From the NCBI GenBank assembly GCA_034670305.1, contig JAXMNT010000001.1:160001-224000 (forward strand): a DNA stretch of 64,000 bases. Direction: 5' to 3'. The notes below the pieces were generated by a model that did no database searches, had not been told where the DNA came from, and was given only the letters and a program-made list of their open reading frames with translations. A program made the position numbers and the translations under genes. The number at the start of each line of letters is the position of its first letter. The first letter of the stretch is position 1. The DNA is from Deltaproteobacteria bacterium. GTDB lineage: Bacteria; Myxococcota_A; Polyangia; Polyangiales; Houyiibacteriaceae. Below are positions 36,341 to 46,657 of the stretch, piece after piece.

Positions 36341-39300
36341 ATGGCTTCACTCTTTCATGGGGGCGCGGCGCCTCGCTTCGCTGCTTCCCACGCCTTCGCG
36401 TCAAACTCGGGACGCTTGATCCCCGCGCTGCTCCTGTGCTCGTTGCTCCTCGCCTGCGGCGACGACGACACCACGCCCATCGATGCGGGCCCGAGCGACG
36501 CCGCCGATGTCGGCATCGACGTGCCGCTCCCCGACGGCCCGCGCGGCGACGTCCTGCGCATCCCGGAATCCGAGCGCCGCGAGCTGCCGCTGAACGACGA
36601 AGTCTACGTGCTTCGGACCGAGACCCACGTGCCGCACGTGTACGCCTCGAACGAACACGACCTCCGCGTCGTGCAGGGCTTCTTGATGGCCCGCGACCGC
36701 TACTTCCAGATCGAAGCCGGCCGCCGCCTCGGCCAAGGCACCCTCAGCGGTCTGGTCGGAGACGCAGCGCTCGCCGCTGACATCGGCGCCCGCACCCAGG
36801 GCATGACCCGGGTCGCCGACCGCTTGGCCGCGAGCCTCACCCCCGAACAACGCGAAGTCGTGCAGGCCTTCACCGACGGCGTGAACGCCTACGTTCGGCT
36901 CGCCAAAGCCCGCGGCATCGCGGCCCCGAGTGAGTTGACCATCGCCGCGCCCGTCTTTGGTGCGACCAGCGCCGGCGCGCTGATGGAAGAGCTCTCGCTC
37001 GAAGACCTCATCGCCTTCGCCGCGGTCCCCGTCTACCAGCTCGGCTGGGAAGCCAAGGACCTGCGCTACGCCGAAAGCGAAGCCTTCGTCGCGGACGTCT
37101 TCACCGGCGCGGAGACGGATGCGGAGCTCAGGCACGATGGTGCGGTCCAGGACATCTTCCAGAACGTCGACCCGATCAACGACATCGTCTCCGCCAGTGG
37201 CTTCGGGCTCGAAGAGGGCACGTCGTCGTTCCTGCCGAGCTTCGGCCCCCCCCGCGCCCCGGCCCGCTTCGTCGCGCCCCAGGCGATGCCGGTGGAGCGC
37301 ACCATGCTCGACCGCTTGCGCGCCCAGACGGACCGCTTCGAACACACCCTGCGTGGTCCGGTCGACGGAGACTTCGGGTCCAACGCCTGGGCCGTCGATG
37401 GCGCGCACTCGGAAGGCGGCGCAGCGCTCTTGGCCGGCGACGGACACCTCCCGCTCTCGATCGCGCCGCTCTTCTACCAGCTCGGTCTCGACACCAGCGT
37501 CTTCGGCGAAGGCGCCGACAACGACATCACCTTGATGGGCCTCTTCTTCGCCGGCATCCCGCACATGGCGGTCGGCACCAACGGCCGCGTCGCGTGGTCG
37601 CAGACTTACCTGCGCGGCGACGTCACCGACTGGTACGCCGAGGAGCTCGTGCTCGACGCCGAGGGCATGCCGGTGGCGACCCGTTTCGAGGGCAGCGACG
37701 AACCGCTCGTGCGCATCGAGGAGTCCTACGAGATCCGCAACGTGCCGGGCCTCGGCAGCGTCGGCCGCACCGAGACCATCGCCCGCTTCGAGACCTTCGA
37801 CGGCCGGCCGATCACCGCGATCGAAGGCCGCCCCGCCACCGCGGACACCGTGCCCGGCGACGGCGAGTCGCTCGTGAACATCGGCGGCGAATACGTCATC
37901 CCGGAGGACGTCGACGAAGACGGAACCATCAGCGCGGTCAGCTTCGACTTCGCGGGCTTCGACGTCTCCAACATCCTGCGCGCGCTCGAAGGCTTCAACG
38001 ACTCGAACACCGTCACCGACTTCCGCAACGCCACCCGCGAGCTCGTCACCTACGCGCAGAACCTGGTCGCGGCCGACATCGAAGGCGACGTCTACTACGG
38101 CAGCTACAACGCCATCCCCACCCGCGAGTACCTGGAGCGCACCGAAGCGGGCGGCCCGTGGACCCCTGGATCCGATCCGCGCAGCTTGCTCGACGGCACC
38201 CGCTACCGCGGCTTCGAGATCGTGCTCGACGAAAACGGCATGCCGGACGAGTCGATGTGCGCAGGCGATACCTACCGCTGCCTCGTGCCGTTCGATGAGT
38301 GGCCCGCCGCGCTCTCGCCCGACCGCGGCTTCGTGCTGACCGCGAACCACGACATCGCCAACATCACCACCGACGGCGACATCTTCGACGACCCGTACTA
38401 CCTCGGCGGCGCCTGGAACAACGGCTTCCGTGGCGCGTCGATCACCGCGGGCATCGTCGCGCTCGGCACCGGCGCGACCGCGGCGGCGATGAGCGAGCTG
38501 CAGAACGACCACCACTCCGTGCTCGGGCCGCTCTTCGTGCCCTACCTGCTCGAAGCGATCGACGAAGGCCAGCGGCTCGCTGCCGAAGAAGCGATCACGC
38601 CTTCCGAGATGCGGCTGCTCGCGATTTACACCGCCAACCAAGCCGCGCTCGATGAAGTCGAGACCCGGCTGGCCGCGTGGGTGGCCGGCGGCGCCGAAGC
38701 GGCGTCGGGTGTGGACACCTTCTACCACTCCGCCGATGGCGAAGCGGACGACAGCGTGGCGACCATGATCTTCAACGAGTGGTGGAAGAAGGTCATCGCC
38801 GCGACGTTCGAAGACGAAGGCATGGCGCCCGCGTTCGGGCCCGACGTCTCCACCAGCATCACCCGCGCGATGTACGACCTCTACCGCGGCCGCGGCGCCG
38901 GCAACCCCGCGGGGCTGCAGTCCTGGAACGTAGCGACGTCGGAGTCGGTCTTCTTCGACGACCTCGGCACGGTGGAAGTCGAGTCGAGCCACGAAGTCTC
39001 GCTCTCCGCGCTGACGACCGCGCTCGCCGCGCTCTCGGCCGACCCCGATCCCGAAGTGCCGGGCGTCGGCGGCTTTGGTTCCACGGACATGGACGACTGG
39101 CGCTGGGGCCTGCGTCACCTCGTCAAATTCGAGTCCCTGGTCGCGACCTTCGTCGGCACCGACCCGGCCTTTGCGCTCTTGGCCAACGGCTTCTCGATCA
39201 CCCCCGAGACCCTGCCGCTCGCCGAGGACCTCGAGGAGACCGACCCGCGCGCGACCCTTCCGTGGTTCCCGCGCCCGGGCGACCTCTTCAACGTCGACGC

Positions 39301-39559
39301 CGGCCACTACGATCCCTTCGCGGACGATTACTTCTATGCAAACGGCCCGGTCATGCGCATGGTCGTGCGCCTCGAAGAAGGCAACATCTCTGGCGTCAAC
39401 ATTCTCCCGGGCGGACAGTCCGGATTGACCGACTCCGACCAGTTCGACGACCAAGCCCAGCTCTGGCTCGCGAACGAGACGGTGCCGCTGCGTTTCCACG
39501 TGGCGGACGTCGTCGCAGGTGCGACCTCCCGCGAGACCTACGCCCCGATGGGCGACTGA
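36341..39559 (+). CDS. Penicillin acylase family (Ntn hydrolase) lipoprotein
   Basis: Lipobox LLAC, VPHVYA, ARDRYFQ, autocleavage GSNAWAV, LAGDGHL, PGGQSG. Confidence 0.92.
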   Translation: MASLFHGGAAPRFAASHAFASNSGRLIPALLLCSLLLACGDDDTTPIDAGPSDAADVGIDVPLPDGPRGDVLRIPESERRELPLNDEVYVLRTETHVPHVYASNEHDLRVVQGFLMARDRYFQIEAGRRLGQGTLSGLVGDAALAADIGARTQGMTRVADRLAASLTPEQREVVQAFTDGVNAYVRLAKARGIAAPSELTIAAPVFGATSAGALMEELSLEDLIAFAAVPVYQLGWEAKDLRYAESEAFVADVFTGAETDAELRHDGAVQDIFQNVDPINDIVSASGFGLEEGTSSFLPSFGPPRAPARFVAPQAMPVERTMLDRLRAQTDRFEHTLRGPVDGDFGSNAWAVDGAHSEGGAALLAGDGHLPLSIAPLFYQLGLDTSVFGEGADNDITLMGLFFAGIPHMAVGTNGRVAWSQTYLRGDVTDWYAEELVLDAEGMPVATRFEGSDEPLVRIEESYEIRNVPGLGSVGRTETIARFETFDGRPITAIEGRPATADTVPGDGESLVNIGGEYVIPEDVDEDGTISAVSFDFAGFDVSNILRALEGFNDSNTVTDFRNATRELVTYAQNLVAADIEGDVYYGSYNAIPTREYLERTEAGGPWTPGSDPRSLLDGTRYRGFEIVLDENGMPDESMCAGDTYRCLVPFDEWPAALSPDRGFVLTANHDIANITTDGDIFDDPYYLGGAWNNGFRGASITAGIVALGTGATAAAMSELQNDHHSVLGPLFVPYLLEAIDEGQRLAAEEAITPSEMRLLAIYTANQAALDEVETRLAAWVAGGAEAASGVDTFYHSADGEADDSVATMIFNEWWKKVIAATFEDEGMAPAFGPDVSTSITRAMYDLYRGRGAGNPAGLQSWNVATSESVFFDDLGTVEVESSHEVSLSALTTALAALSADPDPEVPGVGGFGSTDMDDWRWGLRHLVKFESLVATFVGTDPAFALLANGFSITPETLPLAEDLEETDPRATLPWFPRPGDLFNVDAGHYDPFADDYFYANGPVMRMVVRLEEGNISGVNILPGGQSGLTDSDQFDDQAQLWLANETVPLRFHVADVVAGATSRETYAPMGD

Positions 39560-39696
39560 CGCGATTGAAGTTTCACCCGCACCACCCTCGAACTGGCAAT
39601 GTGACGGCAACCCGCGTGCGGGTGCCCACCACGTTGTGTCGGGCACAGCTGTGAAGGCAAAAGTCCGCGGCGCGTAGGCGCGCGGCATTGGGGACC

Positions 39697-40707
39697 ATGA
39701 CCGAAGCCACCACCACCTCCGACCTCGAGGTCGCCGACTCCGAGCTGCTGCTCCGCCTCACCGGACCGAACAGCGCACACCTCAAAGCCCTTGGCTCCGA
39801 GTTCGACGTCGCGATGGGTTTGCGCGGCGACACGATCCGCATCCAAGGCGACGCCGCCAAAGTCGCGGTCGTCGAACGGGTGCTCGCGGAGCTGCTCGGC
39901 GTGCTCGCCCAGCGCACCCTGAGCGCCAACGAGATCGCGCGCGCCGCCCGCACCGTGGCCGACCACCCGGAGATGCACCTGCAGGAGCTCTTCGACGACG
40001 TCGTCCTGCGCACCGGCAGCAAACGCGTCATCTCCCCGAAGGGCGTCGCCCAGCAGTCCTACGTCGCGTCGATCCGTTCGCACGACGTGGTCTTCGGCGT
40101 GGGGCCGGCCGGCACCGGCAAGACCTACCTCGCGATGGCCATGGCGGTCGCGGCGCTTCAGGAGCGCTCCGTCAAACGCATCATCCTCACCCGGCCCGCG
40201 GTCGAAGCCGGCGAGAAGCTCGGCTTTCTTCCGGGAGACCTCGCGGAGAAGGTGAACCCCTACCTGCGTCCGCTCTACGACGCGCTGCACGACATGATGG
40301 ACGACTCGAAGGTCGCTGGCCTCATGGAGCGCCAGACCATCGAAGTCGCGCCGCTCGCGTTCATGCGGGGACGCACCCTGAACGACGCGTTCGTGATCTT
40401 GGACGAAGCCCAGAACACCACCCAGGAACAGATGAAGATGTTCCTGACCCGCCTCGGCTTCCGCTCGCGCGCGGTGATCACCGGCGACATCACCCAGGTC
40501 GACCTGCCCGGCGGCCGCCGCAGCGGACTCGCGGACGCGCAGTACTTGCTCGAAGGCATCGAAGGCATCGCGTTCTGCAAGTTCTCCGACGCCGACGTCG
40601 TACGTCACCCGCTCGTGCAAAAAATCATCCGCGCCTACGACGCACGAGACGCGAAGCGCTTCGCGGCCAGAGAAGCCAAACGCGCGAAGCGCGAAGAAGC
40701 CGAGTAG
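39697..40707 (+). CDS. phoH: PhoH-family ATPase
   Basis: [51 protein letters not shown]. Confidence 0.95.
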   Translation: MTEATTTSDLEVADSELLLRLTGPNSAHLKALGSEFDVAMGLRGDTIRIQGDAAKVAVVERVLAELLGVLAQRTLSANEIARAARTVADHPEMHLQELFDDVVLRTGSKRVISPKGVAQQSYVASIRSHDVVFGVGPAGTGKTYLAMAMAVAALQERSVKRIILTRPAVEAGEKLGFLPGDLAEKVNPYLRPLYDALHDMMDDSKVAGLMERQTIEVAPLAFMRGRTLNDAFVILDEAQNTTQEQMKMFLTRLGFRSRAVITGDITQVDLPGGRRSGLADAQYLLEGIEGIAFCKFSDADVVRHPLVQKIIRAYDARDAKRFAAREAKRAKREEAE

Positions 40708-40744
40708 CGCCGTAGCTAGGCCGGTAGGGGAGGAGTAGGGCTGT

Positions 40745-40855
40745 AGAAGCAGCTGCAGACGCGGTGGCACAGCAGAAGCAGCGGCAGAAGCAGCGACAGA
40801 AGCAGCGGCAGGAGCAGCGACAGCGGCAGAAGCAGCGACAGCGGCGGAAGCAGCT
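40745..40855. repeat. Degenerate (CAGCRG/CAGAAG) hexamer array
   Basis: cagcagaagcagcggcagaagcagcgacagaagcagcggcagg... Confidence 0.8.
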
Positions 40856-41100
40856 GTAGCCTCTTCCTTCGGAAAGTCGGCTCCTTGCAATCCTTTGGAT
40901 TTTGGGAACACCCCAATTGGTTGGGCTTGCTGGCTCGGCGGCAGATTGATGGTGGCGGAGTGCTCGCCTGCGTCAAGGGTGGCCTTCGGCCCCCAGCCGA
41001 TGCGGCTGGCTTCGCCCTGGACCCAGGCTCCGCTCTCCACCGGGGGCGCTCCGCGCCGCCGAGCAATGTCGCTCTGGTGTTTGGCGCGTTGGAGGTCCTG
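40855..41100 (+). ncRNA. Putative structured leader RNA, copy B
   Basis: Colinear with 35384-35626 through the RBS and ATGATTGTTCTC. Confidence 0.65.
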
Positions 41101-41190
41101 ATGATTGTTCTCATCCGCTCGTACGCCGAAGGTGAGGGCGCCCGAGAGGTCTACCGGGACATCGCCGGCTTCCTGCTCGACTCGCGCTGA
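41101..41190 (+). pseudogene. Four-helix-bundle gene truncated after MIVL and joined to unrelated sequence (29-codon ORF)
   Basis: First 12 nt identical to 35627-35638, then homology is lost. Confidence 0.55.
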
Positions 41191-41206
41191 GGCGCCGATC
41201 GTGGAC

Positions 41207-43042
41207 TCACTCGGTGGGTGAGGGGTTCTCGATCGCGAAGTTGATCACATAGGGTGGGTCGAAGACTTCCGGCACGCCGCCGGCCACGTCCCGAACGCCG
41301 CCGGTCACGAAGAGCGAGCCGGCGATGCGGGTGTTGCTCGATTCGGCGGCCAAGACGAAGCCTTGGTTGAGCAGGAAGTTCGGCGCCCCGTCGATCTCCA
41401 CGAAGAGGTTGGCGCCGGGCCCGAGCGGGTAGACGCCGCGTGGCCAGGAGACCTCTTCGATGGGCGTGTCCATCGCGGCGACGGCGATCTGGAGCGTAAG
41501 CACCGCGGGGTACGAAGCGTCCCCGAACCCCGAAGTCCCGGAGGCGTTCATGACGAAGACCTTGGCGCCTGGGCCGGTCCCGAGGTACGCGCGCACATCG
41601 CTGACGTAGGGCGAGTCCGCGGACCCGTCGCGACGGAACGTGAAACCAACGGCCGTGCCCTCGAGGTTCACGTCGCCCACGCACTCGGCCACGTCTTCGG
41701 TGGAGATGAGACCGAGGTCGCGCGCGAAGTGCAGCTTCGTGTACAGCGCCGCGAACCGAGAGGGCACACCCATCGTGTCCATGTGGGCGCGCATCACCTG
41801 GCAGCCGATGTCCTTGCCGGTCACGCGCTCGTCTGCGTAGACGGGTCCCATGATGCCCCACGCCACCATCTCTGCGATGTCGTCGGTGAGGCGGGTGGCG
41901 CCGTACCGGGACATGGCACCCCCGAGCGCGACCGCCTGATCGGTGCCGGCCGTGAGTGCTTCCTCCTCGCTGCCGGCCAATCGGGTCGCCAGCCGATCCC
42001 AGCGCGAGGGGTGCGGTGCCGCCCAGCCGAGCTCCACGAACTCTTCGTGCAGCCGCTCCCATTCCTGTACGAGTCCCCGCTGCAGCCGCACGTGTCGGAT
42101 GGTGGTGCGCGCCGTGCTTCGCCAGGACTCGGCCCACATGCCTCCGAAGTCTCCTGGGTGCCGTCCCTCGACGCCGAGCAAGAAGGTCGCCGCGTGGGTC
42201 GCTTCATGCAGCAGCGTTTGCTGTGTGCCGAGTTGGCCGGACAGGCCCGGCAGCATGACCCGCGCGTTCAGAACGACGATGTCACCTTCGGACTGAGAGA
42301 CGAAGCCAGCCACCCCGCTGGCGCGTTCCATGAATGCGATTCGGGAAACGGAGTGACAGAGCAGGCGCGGCATCCGGTTCAGGCCGGCCTCCACCGCGGT
42401 GCGCAGAGCCGGGCTCGCGGTGACGAGCACGTCGCCGTCGTGGAGCACCCCGCGGAGCCGGTCGCCGTCCGTCTCGTCCATGATCTGGACGTGTGCGCAC
42501 GCTGCGTTCGAGCGGCTGAGTGCTTCGGTCCGGGGCGCGACGATCGCGGCGGGGGTCGCCATGGTGACGAGCGTTGTCCCGGTGTCGTCCACGAGCGCGA
42601 TCTCGGTCGCGTCGAGGTTGCCGCGCAAGTAGCCAACGGCGCTGACCACGCCTTCGATGAGGGACTCCTCGTGGTAGGGCAGGCCGCTATCGTCGTAGTG
42701 CATCGACCGGGTGTCGGCGAAGTGCAGGAGCTGCCCGTCGACCTCGACGCCAGCGCTGTCGCGCGCAACCAGGAGCACCTCGCCGGTGGCGGGACCGGGC
42801 GGGATGCCGACCTCGGACAGCACGTCTACGCTGTCGACGTCACCGAGGGTGAAGATGCCGTCGGTTTCTCGAAAGACGGTGACCCGCCAGATGGGTTCCT
42901 TCGGTCCCGAGAGATCGAAGTACGGCGACTCACCGCACCCCGGGGTGGCGGCGCAGGCTTCTTCGTAGGTCTCGAACTCAGCGGGTTCGGTATCGCCGCA
43001 GCCGATGGTGAATGCCAAGAGGACGCAGAGTGATCGGAGCAT
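41207..43042 (-). CDS. Lipoprotein with HExxH zinc-metallopeptidase motif
   Basis: Lipobox TIGC, LLHEATH, downstream SRYGAT...DDIAE. Confidence 0.75.
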   Translation of the reverse strand: MLRSLCVLLAFTIGCGDTEPAEFETYEEACAATPGCGESPYFDLSGPKEPIWRVTVFRETDGIFTLGDVDSVDVLSEVGIPPGPATGEVLLVARDSAGVEVDGQLLHFADTRSMHYDDSGLPYHEESLIEGVVSAVGYLRGNLDATEIALVDDTGTTLVTMATPAAIVAPRTEALSRSNAACAHVQIMDETDGDRLRGVLHDGDVLVTASPALRTAVEAGLNRMPRLLCHSVSRIAFMERASGVAGFVSQSEGDIVVLNARVMLPGLSGQLGTQQTLLHEATHAATFLLGVEGRHPGDFGGMWAESWRSTARTTIRHVRLQRGLVQEWERLHEEFVELGWAAPHPSRWDRLATRLAGSEEEALTAGTDQAVALGGAMSRYGATRLTDDIAEMVAWGIMGPVYADERVTGKDIGCQVMRAHMDTMGVPSRFAALYTKLHFARDLGLISTEDVAECVGDVNLEGTAVGFTFRRDGSADSPYVSDVRAYLGTGPGAKVFVMNASGTSGFGDASYPAVLTLQIAVAAMDTPIEEVSWPRGVYPLGPGANLFVEIDGAPNFLLNQGFVLAAESSNTRIAGSLFVTGGVRDVAGGVPEVFDPPYVINFAIENPSPTE

Positions 43043-43103
43043 GCGTCGGAGTGTACGGCAGGAAGGGAATGCCCGGACCTGCCGCACGCGCTATCAAGCC
43101 CGC

Positions 43104-44843
43104 ATGGGTGCGCGTTCTCTTATCGTTGGGCTCGACGGGGCCGATGTGTCGGTCCTCGAGGAGCTTGGGCCGCGGCGGCTCCCGAACCTCTACGCGCACA
43201 TGCAAAACGGCGCTTGGGCGCGGCTGGAGAGTGTGCGGCCGCCCGCGACGTTGCCGAACTGGACCACCTTTCTGACCGGCATGGATCCGGGGCGGCACGG
43301 GGTCTTCGACTTCACCACCCGCGATGGGTACGGGGTTCGTTTCACGGCCGGCACGGTGCGGGAGACGCCGACTTGGATCGCGCGGCTCGATGCGCTCGGC
43401 AAACGCTGCGCGTGCGTTGGGTTTCCTGGGACTTGGCCGCCTGAGCCGCTGGAGCATGGGATCTTCATCAGCGGGTGGGATGCGCCCGTCGCGTTTGAAG
43501 CGGACCGTTCGTTTGTGTGGCCGGAGGTCCTGTTCGACCGGATCGTGCAGCGGTTCGGACCGATGGACTTCGACGTGGGCGAGTTCGATGCCGACGCGGA
43601 AGGCTGGCACGATGGGCTGGCGGACTTGCTGGTCTCGAAGATCGAACGCAAGACCGCGCTCGCCCAGTGGCTGATGGACCCGTCGTCGGGCGGCGCTTCC
43701 GAAGACAGTACTGCGCTTCCCACAGACAGCACGGACTGGGACGTGTTCGCGTTCTACTTCGGCGAGAGCGACACCGTCGCGCACCACCTCTGGGCCCACC
43801 ACGATCCGGGCTCGCCGCGCCATCCGAGCGGCGCTTCGGCGCGCAGCCGCGCGGGGCTCGGCAAGGTCTACGAAGCGCTCGACCGCGCGGTCGGCGCGCT
43901 GGTTCAGGCCGCGGGCAAGGATGTGGAACTCACCCTGGTGAGCGATCACGGCTCCGGTGGGTCGAGCGACAAAGTGCTCTACCTCAACCGCGCGCTCGAG
44001 CAGGCGGGGCTGTTGAAGTTTGCGCCCACTTCGATCCTGCCGTGGAGCCGCTTGGCCAAAGACGCCGCGCTCACGCTCTTGCCGCCTCGGCTCAAAGAAC
44101 GGCTCTTCCGCGCGTACGGCGCGCGCCTGCCGAGCTGGCTCGAATCGCGCGCCCGGTTTGGCGCGATCGACTTTGGCGCCACCGTCGCGTTCAGCGATGA
44201 GCTCAACTACTTCCCGGGCGTGTGGCTGCACCTCGCCGGTCGCGACCCGCTCGGTTTCGTGCCCGAAGAAGAACGCGATGCGCTCGCCCGCCGGGTGAGC
44301 GACGCGCTCTACGACTTGCGGGATCCGTGGTCCCGCGAGCCCGTCGTCGAAGCGGTGCACCGGCGCGAAGTGATCTTCGACGGCGACTTCGTGGAGCGCG
44401 CGCCGGATCTCTTGCTCGACTTCCGCCTCGACCACTCGGAGAGCCCGCGCGGCTACAGCTACAACCTGATGCCCACCGCGAGCGCGCCCCGCGGCATTGG
44501 CGCGTGGCGCCGGCTCGCGGAATCCGAGCACCTCGGCCGCAAAGGACGCAGCTTGCCCGGCAGCCACCGCAACCACGGCTTCTTCGCGGCCTCCGGACCG
44601 AGCGTCGACGCGGTCGGGGAAGTGGACGCACACATCGCCGACGCTGCCGCCACGGTGCTCGCGCGGCTCGGCGCGGAGATCGACCCCGTGATGCGCGGCC
44701 GCGTGCTCTTTGAAGTCTTGCGCGACACTGCGGGCACGACCGAAGCGCTGCCCGCTGCCCGGGTGGCCAAGGGCGGCACGGGCGGTGGGGACGGCGAAGC
44801 CCGGGTCGAAGCCCGGCTGCGTGCGCTCGGCTACATCGACTGA
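43104..44843 (+). CDS. Alkaline phosphatase superfamily phosphodiesterase/nucleotide pyrophosphatase
   Basis: IVGLDGA, PPATLPNWTTFLTG, DTVAHHLW, VSDHG, GSHR, C-terminal RLRALGYID. Confidence 0.88.
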   Translation: MGARSLIVGLDGADVSVLEELGPRRLPNLYAHMQNGAWARLESVRPPATLPNWTTFLTGMDPGRHGVFDFTTRDGYGVRFTAGTVRETPTWIARLDALGKRCACVGFPGTWPPEPLEHGIFISGWDAPVAFEADRSFVWPEVLFDRIVQRFGPMDFDVGEFDADAEGWHDGLADLLVSKIERKTALAQWLMDPSSGGASEDSTALPTDSTDWDVFAFYFGESDTVAHHLWAHHDPGSPRHPSGASARSRAGLGKVYEALDRAVGALVQAAGKDVELTLVSDHGSGGSSDKVLYLNRALEQAGLLKFAPTSILPWSRLAKDAALTLLPPRLKERLFRAYGARLPSWLESRARFGAIDFGATVAFSDELNYFPGVWLHLAGRDPLGFVPEEERDALARRVSDALYDLRDPWSREPVVEAVHRREVIFDGDFVERAPDLLLDFRLDHSESPRGYSYNLMPTASAPRGIGAWRRLAESEHLGRKGRSLPGSHRNHGFFAASGPSVDAVGEVDAHIADAAATVLARLGAEIDPVMRGRVLFEVLRDTAGTTEALPAARVAKGGTGGGDGEARVEARLRALGYID

Positions 44844-44854
44844 GGTCCTTCCGC

Positions 44855-45922
44855 ATGCGCATGCTGCACATCGCCTGTCTGCCGATGCCGAGCCCGCAGG
44901 GGACGCAGGCGGTGCTGCGCACGATGACCGAAGCGCTCGCGCGGGCGGGGCACGAGACGCATCTGCTGACCTATGGGTACGGCGCGGGGGCGGCGCTCGA
45001 GGGGGTGCTGCACCATCGATGTGGAAGAAGTGGCAGGGGCTCGATGCGCTCCGGTCCCTCGTGGTCGAAGGTGCGGGACGACGTGTTCATGGTCGCGTCC
45101 ACCCGCCGGCTCGTGCGTCGCCTGCAGCCCGAGGTCGTGGTTGCGCACAACGTGGAAGCCGCGCTCGTCGTGAACACGGCGACTTCCCTCCTGGCCGTCC
45201 GTCCCCGCACTCTCTACTTCGCGCACACCCGCTTCGATCTCGAGCTGCCGACCTACGGCCGCGTCGGCCGTGCGGGCGCCGTGTTTGGTCGCGCGCTCGA
45301 CACGCTCGCTTGCCGGCTCGACCAAGTCGTCGCGATCTCGCCGGCGCTGGGAGATCATCTCGGCGCGCCGGTCGTGCTGCCACCGTGGCCAGTTGCGGCG
45401 CCGATCTCGGACGACGAACGTCGCGCGGCGCGCACAGCGCTCGGTCTCGCCGAAGACGAACCGGTGCTGCTCTACGCGGGCAACCTGGACGGCTACCAGG
45501 GCTGGGAGGTTGCGGCCGCCGCGGCACAGGCGGTGGGTGCGACGTGGCTCGTCGCAACTGAGTCGGACCCGGCGCCGCTGCGGCGCTTCCCGCATCTGCG
45601 GATGCGCTTGGCCACCGAAGCGAATCGAAGACGCGCGCACGCGGCCTGCGATCTCGCGCTCGTGCCGCGGCGCACCCCGGGCGGACTGCCGATCAAGCTG
45701 CTCGATGCACTTGCGCGGGACGTGCCGGTGGTGGCGAACCGGCGCGCGCTCGCGGGGCTGAGTGCGGCCGGCGTGGAGGTGTGCGTGGACGATGACGTGG
45801 ACGCGTTCGCGGCGGCGATTCGGCGCGCGTTGAGGGAGCCGCCGAGGGGGGGGTGGGCGTGGGTGGCGGAGACGTTCGGGGAGGACGGGTTCGTGCGGGG
45901 GTTGTGGGAGAGCGTGTCGTAG
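44855..45922 (+). CDS. Glycosyltransferase family 4 (GT-B)
   Basis: ALARAGHETHLLTY, LYAGNLDGYQG, GLPIKLLDALA..VPVV. Confidence 0.85.
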   Translation: MRMLHIACLPMPSPQGTQAVLRTMTEALARAGHETHLLTYGYGAGAALEGVLHHRCGRSGRGSMRSGPSWSKVRDDVFMVASTRRLVRRLQPEVVVAHNVEAALVVNTATSLLAVRPRTLYFAHTRFDLELPTYGRVGRAGAVFGRALDTLACRLDQVVAISPALGDHLGAPVVLPPWPVAAPISDDERRAARTALGLAEDEPVLLYAGNLDGYQGWEVAAAAAQAVGATWLVATESDPAPLRRFPHLRMRLATEANRRRAHAACDLALVPRRTPGGLPIKLLDALARDVPVVANRRALAGLSAAGVEVCVDDDVDAFAAAIRRALREPPRGGWAWVAETFGEDGFVRGLWESVS

Positions 45923-45940
45923 CGGCCCGCGTGTGGGCTG

Positions 45941-46410
45941 TGTTGCTGTTCGCTGTTCGCTGTTGCGGTTGCTGACTCTGACGCTGACGCTGACGCTGAC
46001 GCTGTTGCTGATTCTGATTCTGATTCTGATTCTGACTCTGATTCTGACTCTGATTCTGATTCTGACGTCGCAGCCGAAGCCGAACCCGAAGCCGAAGCCA
46101 CATCCGAATCCGAATCCAAAGCCGACGCCGAAGCCGACGCCGAAGCCGAAGCCGAAGCAGACGCCGAAGCAGACGCCGAAGCCGATTCCGCCACCACGAC
46201 CCCCACCGCTACCGCGACCCCCACCGCTACCGCGACCCCCACCGCTACCGCGACCCCCACCGCTACCGCTACGCGACCCCCACCGCTACCGCGACCCCTA
46301 CCGCTACCGCTACCGCTACCGCGACCGCCTCCGCCTCCGCTTCCGCTTCCGCTTCCGCGACCGCTTCCGCTTCCGCGACCGCTTCCGCGACCGCTCCGCT
46401 TCCGCGACCA
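45941..46410. repeat. ~470-bp compound hexamer/18-mer microsatellite
   Basis: Successive blocks (CTGACG)n, (CTGATT)n, (CCGAAG/CCGACG)n, (CCGCTACCGCGACCCCCA)n, (CCGCTT)n. Confidence 0.9.
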
Positions 46411-46422
46411 GGACCGCACCGC

Positions 46423-46657
46423 TTGTAGCCTCTCCTTCGGAGTCGGCCTCATCCTCTCCTTCGGAATCGGATTCGGGTCCGATGGGGCTGGGGTTGTGCC
46501 CGGCGGGAGGTCAAGCGTGTCGTCTGGCGTGCCAGGCCTCAAGGGGGCCTACGGCCCGGCGGGATGCCCGCCGCTTCCTTGACCCCTGACCCGCCAGACG
46601 ACGGCGGCCTGCGGCCGCCGGGCATGTCGCTCGGTCGTCGTCACACAGGGGTCTCCG
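46423..46657 (+). ncRNA. Putative structured leader RNA, copy C (diverged)
   Basis: Starts ttgtagcctctccttcgga like copy A; same stem order with a different sequence; keeps tcaaggg, ccttgac and atgtcgctc. Confidence 0.6.

Noticed and set aside
45493-46589. ORFs spanning the microsatellite (poly-SE, PK, VA dipeptides)
   Set aside because: Open only because the hexamer units lack stops; no credible start or domain
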